Shown here: positions 28,187 to 40,485 of the stretch, one piece after another
How positions within the stretch are numbered: the first letter of the stretch is position 1
Layout: every line of letters starts with the position of its first letter
Source of the DNA: Paraspadella gotoi
Taxonomy: Eukaryota; Animalia; Chaetognatha
Reading direction: 5' to 3'
DNA length: 64,000 bases
Assembly: GCA_051294375.1 (NCBI GenBank)
Contig: CM119269.1
Coordinates: 20,130,814 to 20,194,813, forward strand
Position numbers and translations under genes: made by a program
Notes under the pieces: generated by a model
Databases searched by the model: none
What the model saw: only the letters and a program-made list of their open reading frames with translations
Told to the model about the DNA's origin: nothing

Positions 28187-29141
28187 TCAAACCCCATAGT
28201 CATATTCGTACTCGTAATAATCCCTGGACTCTTTCTTCGAATCTTCTTCCCATTTTCTGAGGGCGGCGTCGCAGTTGAAATTCTCGGGAAGGGCCTCGTT
28301 GCATCGGTACACAACGTCCGACCAAATCACCTGCGATGACCGAGAGTCATTAGTTTAGTTCTAGTTATGTAGAAGCATGTTAAACCAAAAATTAGAACAA
28401 ATATAAAGCACTCGGACAGAATTGTTACCTTTTCTTGGGAGAAACAGTAAACGCCCAGACGACCGCCTAATAATAAAAGCAACATTTTTTTTTTTTCGTC
28501 TCTGAAAATACTTTTTTGACAAAAATGAAGAATTGAGACGCAATCACGGAGATAAACTATAAGTTGCTTAGAATAACAACCCCGACTTGGATATGAACAA
28601 AAAAAAAACAACAAAACTTGGTAAAAACTCATTGGACCTCTGAGGGTGGCGTCGATGACGTATCCCGTATCGGCCACCATCTCTTCCCCCTCGTAGAACT
28701 TCATCCTGATGAGACCGCAGATGGGACGATGGATGAGCTCCCATCTGTAGGCGACTCGCTGTTTCCACCCGATGTTGCGCGGGTCCTTCCAGAGCATCTT
28801 CGTCTCGCCGGGAATGTCGCCCGTGTGCCAGAGGGCGTTGCGGAGGATGCCGCCCGGGCCTTAAAAGTTGAGGCAAGGNNNNNNNNNNAGGAAGGAAATG
28901 AAAAGAGAAAAGCGGTAATCTAATTGTTGACTTATTATTTTATTATTTCATTCATTCATTCATTCATTCATTCATTCATTCATTCATTCATTCATTCATT
29001 TGCCACTATATACCAGTGAGGGACTTAACGAGTTTCAACTGTATGCCCGGTTCCCCAACCGCGCGAAAGGGGTTGGCTTGCCAGTAGGTCTGCCACTTCT
29101 TTCGCCATTGGACCAGGTAAAAACTGCCGCTGTCCTGGTAA
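28187..29141 (-). CDS. Copy of the last four thrombospondin exons (C-terminal L-lectin domain); cleaner of the two copies
   Basis: [42 protein letters not shown] | [33 protein letters not shown]...DATLR | [13 protein letters not shown] | [18 protein letters not shown]...YDYGV*. Confidence 0.85.
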
Positions 29142-29199
29142 CTTGCATGGGAAGAGGAGAAAAGGACAGGAGAAGGATTTAAAAAAAAAAAAAGAGAAG

Positions 29200-32100
29200 A
29201 GATTTCCAGACTATTCTTTTGATTGGTTTTATTTGGTTCACTCAGGTCGAACATTCTCCATCGACGACGATAACCTTGAGCAGGCTGAGGAAAAACTTTG
29301 CCTTCGATCCCGGCCTCTCGAGCGAATTTCGATCTCGCGCTCCAGGTGCTCAAGAACCAACGGGCAAAGTTCCTTCATGGGCGGAAGCGGCACACGAACG
29401 CCTCACATTATCACGAAACTACTCCAAGCTCGTCCATCACTCTGCTCGGGAGGGTCTAGACTACCGACCCATAAAGTGTATCCGCCCTCTTTCATGGGGG
29501 ATTGGCTATGTGCCACTTACGAAGGCCTTTTATACGGAGATGAGGATATAAAAAAAGTGGTGCAAGGAGGTCCGAGTATGTACTCTTAACTAGTCTAGAT
29601 ATAAAATTGAGGTTAACAATTAGATGCTACGTGGATGGTAAAAACCTACATATGTTTTCTATACGTTCTCTCGTACTTTTCAATATTTATATTTTATTCA
29701 AAAACGTTAAAAAATCATGCATCATTAGCTGAATTTTATGTTTCTTTTAAATTTTTAACTCAATAAACAACAAAATTTTTTAAAAAAGTTGTATTAATAA
29801 CTTTTATCTAACTTTTAAAGCTCTATCAGAATCTATTAAAAAACAAAAATTTTTTAAAAAATTTTTAAACTTTAATATAGTATTAAATATAATCTTTAAA
29901 TTCTTCCGTGTGCTTATTAATAGATAATTTTTTAAAATTATTTGTTTATTTTCCATATTGCTCTAACAGTTCATATTTACCATTTATTTATTTGAGCAGA
30001 ACTTCTAGTTTTTAACCGGTTCCGGCCTACTGTATACCCTCAACCTTTAAAGTTTGCGTACGTACATAAAAAAGTTTTTTGATATATTTCGAGAGCCACT
30101 CTTTATTTTTAAGAAAAAAATGTTAAAAAGTTATTTACGCGGCAAGGGTAAAATTTCGAGTTAAGTTTATTTTTTTGGGGTTATTTTAAGCGTAAATCTT
30201 ATCTTTATCTTTAAAATTACAAAGAATAACAACAATGCAAATGCACATTTTTTAAACACATAACTGTAATGATAAACAGGCCATTATAATTTGGAAAGAG
30301 AAGACAAATTTTAAAACATTTTTGTGTAGATTTTATTAAGACAAAAGAAATCATCATCGTAGGCCCTATGCGTGCAAAAACAATCAAAAAAAGCGTTTTG
30401 TGCCAATTATTTTTATTTAATTTTTTTTATTTCAACATAAAATCTCGTTTTCCAGTTTCGGAAGAGGAGAGAAGCATAGGGGTATGTTGTAGTGTGGGTT
30501 TTTTAGCCATCAAAATGCCTTTTTTTACAGATATTTAAAAAAAAGAGAAATAAAAATTTAAAACGAGCGAGAAAATATTTTTTTGTTTTTTTATGTTTTT
30601 AAAAAGACAAATTCAAAAGAACAAAGAAGAAGAGTTCGTACAAAACAAAATAGGGGAAACGTGAATTTTTTCCCGTTAATAATAATAGTAACATTGTCCG
30701 ATTAAAAAAGAAAACACATTTATAAATTCAACAAAAAAAGACGGATCCAGGATTAACATCGAAGCGAAAGAAAAAAAACTTTTTTTTTTTTTTTTGAGGC
30801 GGTGGCCGCTCGAGATTCAAAAATATAAAGAAAAGAAAATTAGACGAAATTTTCTTTGCGTCAACAACGAATCAAACGAGCGACGTCACCGTCACAAAAA
30901 AAAAAGATTGTTTCCTTTGTTTTTGTTTATATTTGTAGATAATGCGATAAATTTCAATCGGTGGCGACATCGATTTTAAAAGGGGGAGGGGGGAAAGAGG
31001 CCGGAGAAAGGCGGATGTAGGGGTATGAACCAAAAAAAGGGGGTGGAAGGGTGAAGGCTGAGAAAAGGGGGGTATCGGAATGGGTAGGGAAGGGGGGGGA
31101 AAGTAAAAAAAAAGACAAAAATCTGAGAGTTTCTTTTCTTTCATAAATTCCTGCTTTTAAATTCCTGGGATGCAAACGAGAAGGTGGGCGGGGGCCAAGG
31201 GGAAAAAAAAGGGTGGAGGAGAAAAGTGGAGGCTTGGGCAGAGCGTTAGACCGGCACAGGCGGCGTAGTAGTTTCTGGGAAGGAATCGCGGAGGCGACTG
31301 AAGTCTGGGCGAGATGTTTCGATGCTAAAAAGTCGTTGACCCTCATTGAATCGTTTGCGCATCCTGAATTCCTGAATTGAAGTTAGTTCAAGGTTAATAG
31401 AAAAATACGAGAGAGACAGGGGACGTTAAAGACGAGAGAGATCAGGGACGTTAAAGACGAGAGAGACAGGGGACGTTAAAGAGAAGAGTGACAGGGGAAC
31501 GTTAAAGATCGAGAGAGGGAATTAAAGGGAGACGTTAAAGATGAGAGTGACAGGGGACGTTAAAGACGAGAGAGACCAGGGGACGTTAAAGACGAGAGAG
31601 ACAGGGGACGTTAAAGATGAAGAGAGACAGAGGACGTTTAAAGATGAGAGAGACAGGGGACGTTAAAGATGAGAGTGACAGGGGACGTTAAAGATGAGAG
31701 AGTCAGGGGACGTTAAAGATGAGAGAGACAGGGGAACGTTAAAGACCGAGAGAGACAGGGACGTTAAAGATGAAGAGACAGGGGACGTAAAGACGAGAGA
31801 GACGAGGGGACGTTAAAGAACGAGAGAGACGGGGAGGTTAAAGACGAGAGACAGGGACTTTAAAGACGAGAGTGAAAGGGGACGTTAAAGATGAGAGAGT
31901 CAGGGGACGTTAAAGACGACGAGAGAACAGGGGAGGTTAAAGACGAGAGAGACAGGGAACGTTAAAGATAAGAGAGACAGGGGACGTTAAAGATGAGAGA
32001 GACAGGGGACGTTAAAGATAGAGAGAGAGCAGGGGACGTTAAAGACGAGAAGAGACAGGGGACGTTTAAAGACGAGAGAGGACAGGCGGACGTTAAGACG

Positions 32101-35100
32101 AGAGAGACAGGGGACGTTAAGAGGATGAAGAGTGACAAGGGGGACATTAGAAGATGAGAGAGACAGGGGACGTTAAAGACGAGAGAGACAGGGGATTAAA
32201 GACGAGAGAGACAGGGGACGTTAAAGATGAGGAGACAGGGGACGTTAAGAGAGAGAACATTAAAGACGAAGAGAGACAGGGGACGTTAAAGACGAGAGTG
32301 ACAGGGGACGTTAAAGACGAGAGTGAGCAGGGGACATTAAAGACGAGAGAGACAGGGGACGTTTTAAAGACGAGAGAGACAGGGGAGCGCTAAAGACGAG
32401 AGGGCAGGGACGTAAAGACGGAGAGACAGGACTTAACAGTTAAAAGAAGTTATAGAAAAAGTAAGCAAACAGCGAAAAGTAAATAAAACATAAATGAATC
32501 GGAAAATTTAACATAAAATGATTATGAATTCCAGAAGAAGGAAATTTTCTTGCAATAAGTTTTTTTTTTCAAGTGTCCCTTTCCCAGCAAATTTTTTTCC
32601 CCCAATTGTTTTAACAAAACGACAGGGTACTTTCGCCTAACTAGATCGAGTGCCCCTTAATCCCAACACCTTGAAATTTTCTCACCTGCCTCTCTTGCCC
32701 CCACCCCCGCGCCCGCTCCCGATCCCAATCCGGCGCCCCGCCTCTCGTCTCGTTCTTCTTCTTGATTTCCCTCGCCTCCTCCACCCCAACTTTTGGTGAG
32801 CATGAGGAGAGTGAGGCCATAGCACAGCCCCGCCCAGGCGTGAAAGCCAGGCATGTCAGGGTGATGGCGCAGGCGAAGGAGGGAGAGCAACGTCACCGCT
32901 GTTGAAGATGATCCCGCCGAAGATGTTGGACACGTGCTTGCCCCGACCATCGAAGGGGATTTTCTGTGAGGGGGGGGGGTCGCAATTTTGCAATATTAAA
33001 ATGGGGGAAAAAAAATAAAGGACTTTAAATCTGCTGTTCATTAACATTAAGAAGAGCAGGAACGTCATACAAAATCTTAACACGGGCTTTAAGTGCGGGC
33101 AACCCGAACTTTGCACTCATAATCGATTTGGCATGCTGAGATTTGGTGACCAACAAAGAAAACCATTTTAGTGACTGCAAATATTCGACATCTCACATAA
33201 TCTCAACTTAATTGCAGAAAAAACGAACAGATAGATAAACTACCAATCAAAGACTAATAGAGTTCAAGGACCCTTAAAAAGTATTTAATATGAAGTATTA
33301 AGAAATAAAATACGACGAACCTTTTCGTTTTGATTTGGGCGTGAGGCGCCGGATCGACGACCAATGTCATACGTCGAAGGCGCGTCGGCGGCGCCGCTCG
33401 GTGAGCGCGCGCGCGCCGGACGAGGCGCTGGAGGCTTTGCGCGACTTCCTGACGGCGCCGGAAGAGGCGTTAGAAGTGGCGCTGAATTTCCGACTATTCC
33501 GTCTTGGCTGCGCAGGTGAAGGAATTTGCTCTGGCGGGAAAACGTTTGGAAATAGATTCCATGAAGTCAAATTATTGCGAATGTTCAATGATTGATTGAA
33601 AAAATAATTGAGTAAATTTGTACAAGTAGGGTAAATGCAAGTTTTGATCGATGACAAACTTGAACAGCAAATGGTGTTCTATCTCAACTAAAATCCTCAC
33701 GGCCGCTTCCACGATGGCCTGCGTGTGAGGATGTCCTCGACATCCCTTTCCCCCAGCCTTCTTCAATACCGTCATCGTCACAGTTTTGCGGGCTTCCGGG
33801 GACCTCAGGGAGCAGAGTTTTGTCGACAGGCGACGCCTGTGAAAAGCCTGGCGACTATGGAAGAGAGGGGTTTGACAACGAGGGTAATGTTTTGTTTTTT
33901 GTTTTGTTTTTTTGGGGGCGGTTTTTTTTTGTTTTGTTTTTTTACAAAGATTCTGAATTCTGAAACTTTTTTTTATTTGGATCAAGCCAGAGATTTGAAT
34001 AAATCCTTGACGTTTGTGTTATCAAAGGATATGAATTTTGCCTGGGATGTTCGTTTATTCCTTCGTGATTAAATTTTTTCAGGTGTTTTTTTTAAACGAA
34101 TAATTTAATCCTTGGTGTTTGTGTTATACAAGGATATGATTCAGGATTATAAATTTGGTCTTTTAGTAATTACATCTCATCAAGTAAAGTCTCCACGTGA
34201 AAAATATTACTTTAGTCCACATTTTCCTTTTATTTTCAGAAATTGAAGTTATTTATTAACTTTGTTTTTAGGTCGAATTTTTTTTCCCAAGAAGAATAAA
34301 ATCATCACTTAATGTCTTTTACAGAATGGCTTCGTTTATTTTGATAAAAAATATTTTTAGCACGGAGGAATTTTGTTTTTTCTCCGCTTTAATTGTTTAC
34401 TTTTTTACCCAAACAAATTATTATTCAAAGTATTTTTGTGAGGCGTTTTTTTTTTAATTCAAAGGCGCATTTTTAAGCCACTCTTATTCATTTTTTTGGC
34501 GAAATTTTTTTTTTAATGTTTTTTGAAGAAGACAATATATTTATAACATGATGTGCGTTTCAGCATGAAACTTGATACTGAAATTCATCCGGAGAAATTG
34601 ACACGCAAGTTAGGTTCAATTTTATTTTACTCGGTAAGTTATTGTGTAATTTTTCTCTTTTCGTTGTCAATAAGATCAGCATTCGAAAACGAAAGTTATA
34701 TTAAGTAAGAATACACAATATGTATTTCATTGCTATCATTTTATAACTTAAGCTTTTTTAGTTCTGAGTAATAGAGTTGGCAACCTCATCCTAGTTAAAT
34801 GAGTGAAAGTAAAGTGTTTGGTTGTTTTTTACTTTTTTTTTTACGAAGAACGCAAATCTAATTTATCTGAGTAGCAGAATTTGTCATCTTTTTAGACGAT
34901 TACAGAAAACTGATTTATATTTTGTTTAGCCAGTATGTGAAATTTTGACTAATTATAACGGGAAAATTTGACTATTGATTTCGGTTCGTGGCAGAAATCT
35001 TTTGGGTAAATCCGTTGTTCGATGGTTTTTCAACTTAATCCTTAGTAATTAATTCGGCGTTAAATCCAAAAATACTCGACGAATGTGATCGTCTGTCGAA

Positions 35101-36726
35101 GCGATGACTCTTCTTATTTTCGTCCATGTAATAAACAACAACCAAACAAAAAGGAAACAAGTAAAAAAACAAAACAAAACAAAAACGCCGAATAAAAAAA
35201 TAATTGGCAGCGATGAGTTTGAGCTTCGTTGTTTTCGTTATGATTGTTTTTGTTTATGAAAAAGATTTTGCTTTTTTTTCCTTTTTTGGGGGGTTTCGTT
35301 TGTTTTGTTTTTTTGTTTTTGTTTTATTCGCGGCAAGAGGGGAAGAGTATCGAGTCATGGAGAGAGAAAGAAATGCACCATGATCACCATAGATGAGATT
35401 ATAAAAATAAAAAAAATCCTTTTGGAGTTCATTGCATCCTGCTGGTGGCTTCACTATTCCTTCCTCCAGCATTTCCGGGGGACACACTTGTGGTTTTTCC
35501 TTTTTTTTATTTTACTCTCGTACAGAAGCTCCCACGAACCAGAGAGAGAGAGAGAGAGAGGGAATCGGATGGCAAGAGGCACGGCGTTAGAAATGGTAGG
35601 ATATTTTTTAAATTAAAATAATTTTGTTAACGCTTTTTAAAAAAGATGAATTTTTTTTTTATTTATTTCTTTATTTATTTTTTTATTATCAAAAATATTA
35701 ATTCAGAAATTATTAAAGTTTTAAGTTTAAAAATTATAATATAGGTAGGTATAGTATAAAGGTTAGGGGGCTTATGTTAAGGATTTAGTTAATAGAGTTA
35801 GAGATTAGAGAATAATTGTAATAATAATAATAATGATGGGTGATTAAGGTTAGGAAATTATAAAAAAAAGATAAGGTTTCGGTTAAGTATTTTGTTAAAT
35901 ATTAAAATTGAATATTTAGGTTAAACATTAATTTATTTTTTTAAAATAATGCCAAAATGGTATATATAAAGTTTAGGATGAATCAATTTTATTTTTTATA
36001 AGGAATATCAATTATTTAAAATCAATCAGAATAATAGATTTAAAAAAAAAAGCTATTTTTAACAATGAAATATTAATTAAACTAAATATTTGTTTCATTA
36101 TTATTATTCATTATTATTTTTATTATTAATCTAACTTGTAAAAAAAAGAACTATTTTAATTTTATTCTTAGAGAACGATAGGAATTTTTTAGGTTCCTAC
36201 GAGCAGTCGATGCCGTGCCAGAGAAGCCAGAATCCCAGTCCTTGCTTCCTCGTGCAACGCACGCACTTGCAACTGGGAACTGACGAGCGACGACGACCGA
36301 CGACGACGACGACGATCGCGGACCGTTCGGTCCGGAGAAAGACGAGGATGAAAAAACAAAGACCACTCTGCGATACCGGCACGGCAGTGCCGGAGCGGTG
36401 ACGGGGGCGTTGAATGGGGTAATGTCGCGGGGGCCGTGATGAAAACGGTAATGGAGAAGGAAAGGAGCCGGGAGGGTGAAGGGGGACATCTTACCGCCGA
36501 GGACCGGGGACTCACCAGAGTAGTGACCAAATCGAAACGAACAAAGGATCAATACGGTTCTAGGAATTAAAAATGCCTGAGCGGTGCCAAGGTGAAGCTA
36601 GGGCAGTGCAGGCAGACTAAATGGATATAATATCCGAAGCGTCGACGACCGCGATGGAAAAATAATGGGGAAAAAGTCGCCTTATGGCAGGTGGAGAGTG
36701 ATGGGGAGGGAGGGAGGGAGAGGGAG

Positions 36727-36804
<78 letters not shown>

Positions 36805-39800
36805 AGAGAGAGAGAGAAAAAGGAGAGAGAGAGACAGTGAAAAGAAGAGAGAAGAGAAAGAACCATGAGAGAGAAAGAAAGTGAGTGAGCCTTTTTATCA
36901 GATCCGCAGACTTTCTTGGCTACAGCTTTTCAAACCGCAAGAATCCAGCCATGAATACCGATGGAAGTCCAGTTCGACCCGACTAATCTTTTGTTTTTTT
37001 TCAAAATCGATGTTGATTCAGTTTTATGAACGTCTTTGTTTCCCTCTGGTGAATAAAACCGGCGAAAATGAAATCGTGAAAACAAGTTTGGCATTGTAGT
37101 TTCGAGTAGAAGAAAAAAAAACCATTTAATTTTAATTTTATTTTCTTTTGTTTTACTAATCATCATTAAATTTACATAAGTATTTTGGTTTTGTGCATGG
37201 AGGAACAGACAAGCCTCTTGACGCTGTCGTGCATAACATTAAAAAATTAACGTAGCAGTTATGTACATACATTGAGAAAAAAAGTTTTTCTGGTCTCGGT
37301 GATTGGATTTTAGTTTAACGCCAAATAACGATGGTGTTTCCAGGAAAAAAATTCGGGAAAAGAAGAAAATTGATGTTGGCTAAAAAAAAAAATAAAAAAA
37401 AGAAACCAAAAACATTGAATTTCGTGAGAATCGGGGAAAAATTGGATGAAAGCCGAACACAAACCGAGCTCATGGGATTTCTTTTTTTCCCCCCCGTTTA
37501 AAAATTAACGCTACTGTTCGCTCATTATTACAGTCAGTCTTATAAAAAGTTGGATTCATGCTGATCGATTGTCGCTTTCTAAACAAATAAATGTATTTTC
37601 TTTCATGAGTTTTTTTATATTTTCCACAATTCAGTGTAAAGCGTTTTACTGATTTGAATTCAGATCATTGCAAAATAACTACATGGCGCGATAATCGTTC
37701 ATCGTAAGTTCCAGCGACAATCGTCAAGTATGTATGCAAGAGCAAATGCAATTACATCGCTCTTCAAACCGATGGATACATGTCCATATTAAACGCTCGT
37801 TTTGATCCAGACAAGATAGCTAGTGCCGCTTTAGGTCTAGCTTTTAGAAACACGAGATCCTGCCAATTCTCAAAAATCAGTTAAGATAAATTATTATAAT
37901 TATATTTATTATGAATATAATAATATTTTATTTTTAAAATAAATCAAAATATAAACATTTTGATTAATAATAATAAAATATTAATTAAATATATTAAAAT
38001 AAAAATTTTTATTATTTATATTAATAATTAAATATATTTAATATATATAAAAATTACTTATTATATTGAAAAAAAACGCAAAATTATTATTTGTATTATT
38101 TTATACATTATAAATTATAGTCATTTCTAGTTAATAAAAATAAACTAATTTATAAATATATTATATATAATTAATTTTTCAGATGGTAAAAACTTGGACG
38201 ATTTTTTTAAAGTATGACTTTTAATTTGATTAATTGAGAAACGCTTGATAACCGCGCTACCATAAGTAAAATCAGTCGTTCTAATTGGTTCAATAAAAGA
38301 AGGCTTGCTATGAGTTTTCTAAAAAGTTATTGATACAGCAATTAAGTTGCAGATTAATGTTTTACAGTGAAATAAGTGGACTGTATAATAGGATTTGTTT
38401 TTATCAAGCAGTTTGGAAAGGAAAAACCCTACGTCTATTTATCATTTTGGGAGATGGTACGATCGCGCCACTCCTGCTTCGCACTTCAACTGATAGATAA
38501 TTTGGGCGTACTATGCATTTTGATAAGAATAACTTCGGAGCTATGACATGCTCTAATTCATGCTATCATTGTCGCTTTTTTATAAAAAATGTTTTTCCTA
38601 AACATTTAAATTTTTTTTCTCATTTAACTATTTTCCTATGTTTGTATTTCTGACTATTTTTTATCCATCAATCTCAAGTAAGGTTATATGCCTTTATTAC
38701 TGGAGTTGAAATTTCCAAGAGTCGAATCAAAATGGCGCCGTTATCGAATACGTTGTGTTGCAAGCGAGAAAACGTCGTTGTTTTGGTTAGTAAATGATTT
38801 TACATGCTTTTTCCATGTGATACATGGTAATAATTTAACTCGGTATTTAGGAAGAAAGTCGTGCGTTTAGGTTATTTTTATGAAAACGAATCAACTGCAA
38901 CATGAATAACTAGATCAGCTTAGACTATTATATAATCTGTAAAACATTCCAACTTTTGGTTTTTAAAATATTGAAGATATAGGTTGTTAAAAGGATTAAC
39001 TTTATTTCATTAGGGCATGATCTCTTCTCCCATTACTCTTGTCAAAGTTGATTTTAAATTCAAATTATGAAATATACAAATGAAAACTCGAACTTCCGCT
39101 TTCTACTAATCTTGTAAACTTGCATGTGCTTCAAAATTAGCATTCTTAAAAATGATATAATCCTCTGCACCAATCATCATCATCATCAATATCGATCTTT
39201 CTAAAGCCTAATACCTTCCACCTCCCACCTTATCTCGATGCGATTTCCGAAGTATCAGAACTTCCTCCCCCGACGTCTGAAACAATTTACTTTTACCTTG
39301 TCTAGCAATCTCTCCCTCTTTCTTTTCTCTTCTTTTCTTTCACCTATCTTTCCTATTCCTTTCGGTAGATGATATTTTTTTTCTTCCCCTCTCGATCTCT
39401 CAATCCTTTCACCTCGTCCTCTCACGGTCTCCTTTAATACCTCTACCTCTATCTCACTCCCCATTTAAATCATCTCGATCCCTTTCAAACCCCATAGTCA
39501 TATTCGTACTCGTAATAATCCTGGACTCTTTCTTCGAATCTTCTTCCCATTTTCTGAGGCGGCGTCGCAGTTGAAATTCTCGGAAGGGCCTCGTTGCATC
39601 GGTACACAACGTCCGACCAAATCACCTGCGATGACCGAGAGTCATTAGTTAGTTTCTAGTTATGTAGAAGCATGTTAAACCAAAATTAGAACAAATATAA
39701 AGCACTCGGACAGAATTGTTACCTTTTCTTGGGAGAAACAGTATACGCCCAGACGACCGCCTAATAATAAAAGCAACATTTTTTTTTTTTTGCTTCTCGA

Positions 39801-40485
39801 AAAAAAAAAACAAAAGGTACCTTTTTGTTTCGGAAATACTTGACAAAAATGAAGAATTGAGACGCAATCACGGAGATAAACTATAAGTTGCTTAGAATAA
39901 CAACCCCGACTTGGATATGAAACAAAAAAAACAACAAAACTTGGTAAAAACCCATCGACCTCTGAGGGTGGCGTGCGATGACGTATCCCGTACGGCCACC
40001 ATTCTTCCCCCTCGTAGAACTTCATCCTGATGAGACCGCAGATGGGACGATGGATGAGCTCCATCTGTAGGCGACTCGCTGTTTCCACCCGATGTTGCGC
40101 GGGTCCTTCCAGGAGCATCTTCGTCTCGCCGGGAATGTCGCCCGTGTGCCACGAGGGCGTTGCGGAGGATGCCGCCCGGGCCTTAAAAGTTGAGGCAAGG
40201 GTTGGAGGGAAAAGAAATGAAAAGAGAAAGCGGTAATCTAATTGTTGACTTATTATTTTATTATTTCATTCATTCATTATCATTCATTTGCCATCAACTA
40301 TATGATGCCACTCGTGAGGGACTTAACGAGTTTCAACTGTATGCCCGGTTCCCCAACGCGCGAAAGGGTTGGCTTGCAGTAGGTCTGCCACTTCTTTCGC
40401 ATTGGACCAGGTAAAAACTGCCGCTGTCCTGGTAACTTGCATGGGAAGAGGAGAAAAGGACAGGAGAAGGATTTAAAAAAAAAAA
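29200..40485 (+). repeat. ~11-kb tandem near-duplicate of ~18765-29190 (last SMS exon, TM gene, minisatellite, thrombospondin 3' exons), probably an assembly artefact
   Basis: Colinear throughout, with dense 1-nt indels that break all reading frames. It carries an extra ~1-kb block at ~37580-38555. Confidence 0.9.

Noticed and set aside
29200-29551. Apparent SMS/thrombospondin fusion ORF (29006-29353) or second SMS paralogue
   Set aside because: This is the junction of the probably artefactual duplication; only a frameshifted last exon is present.
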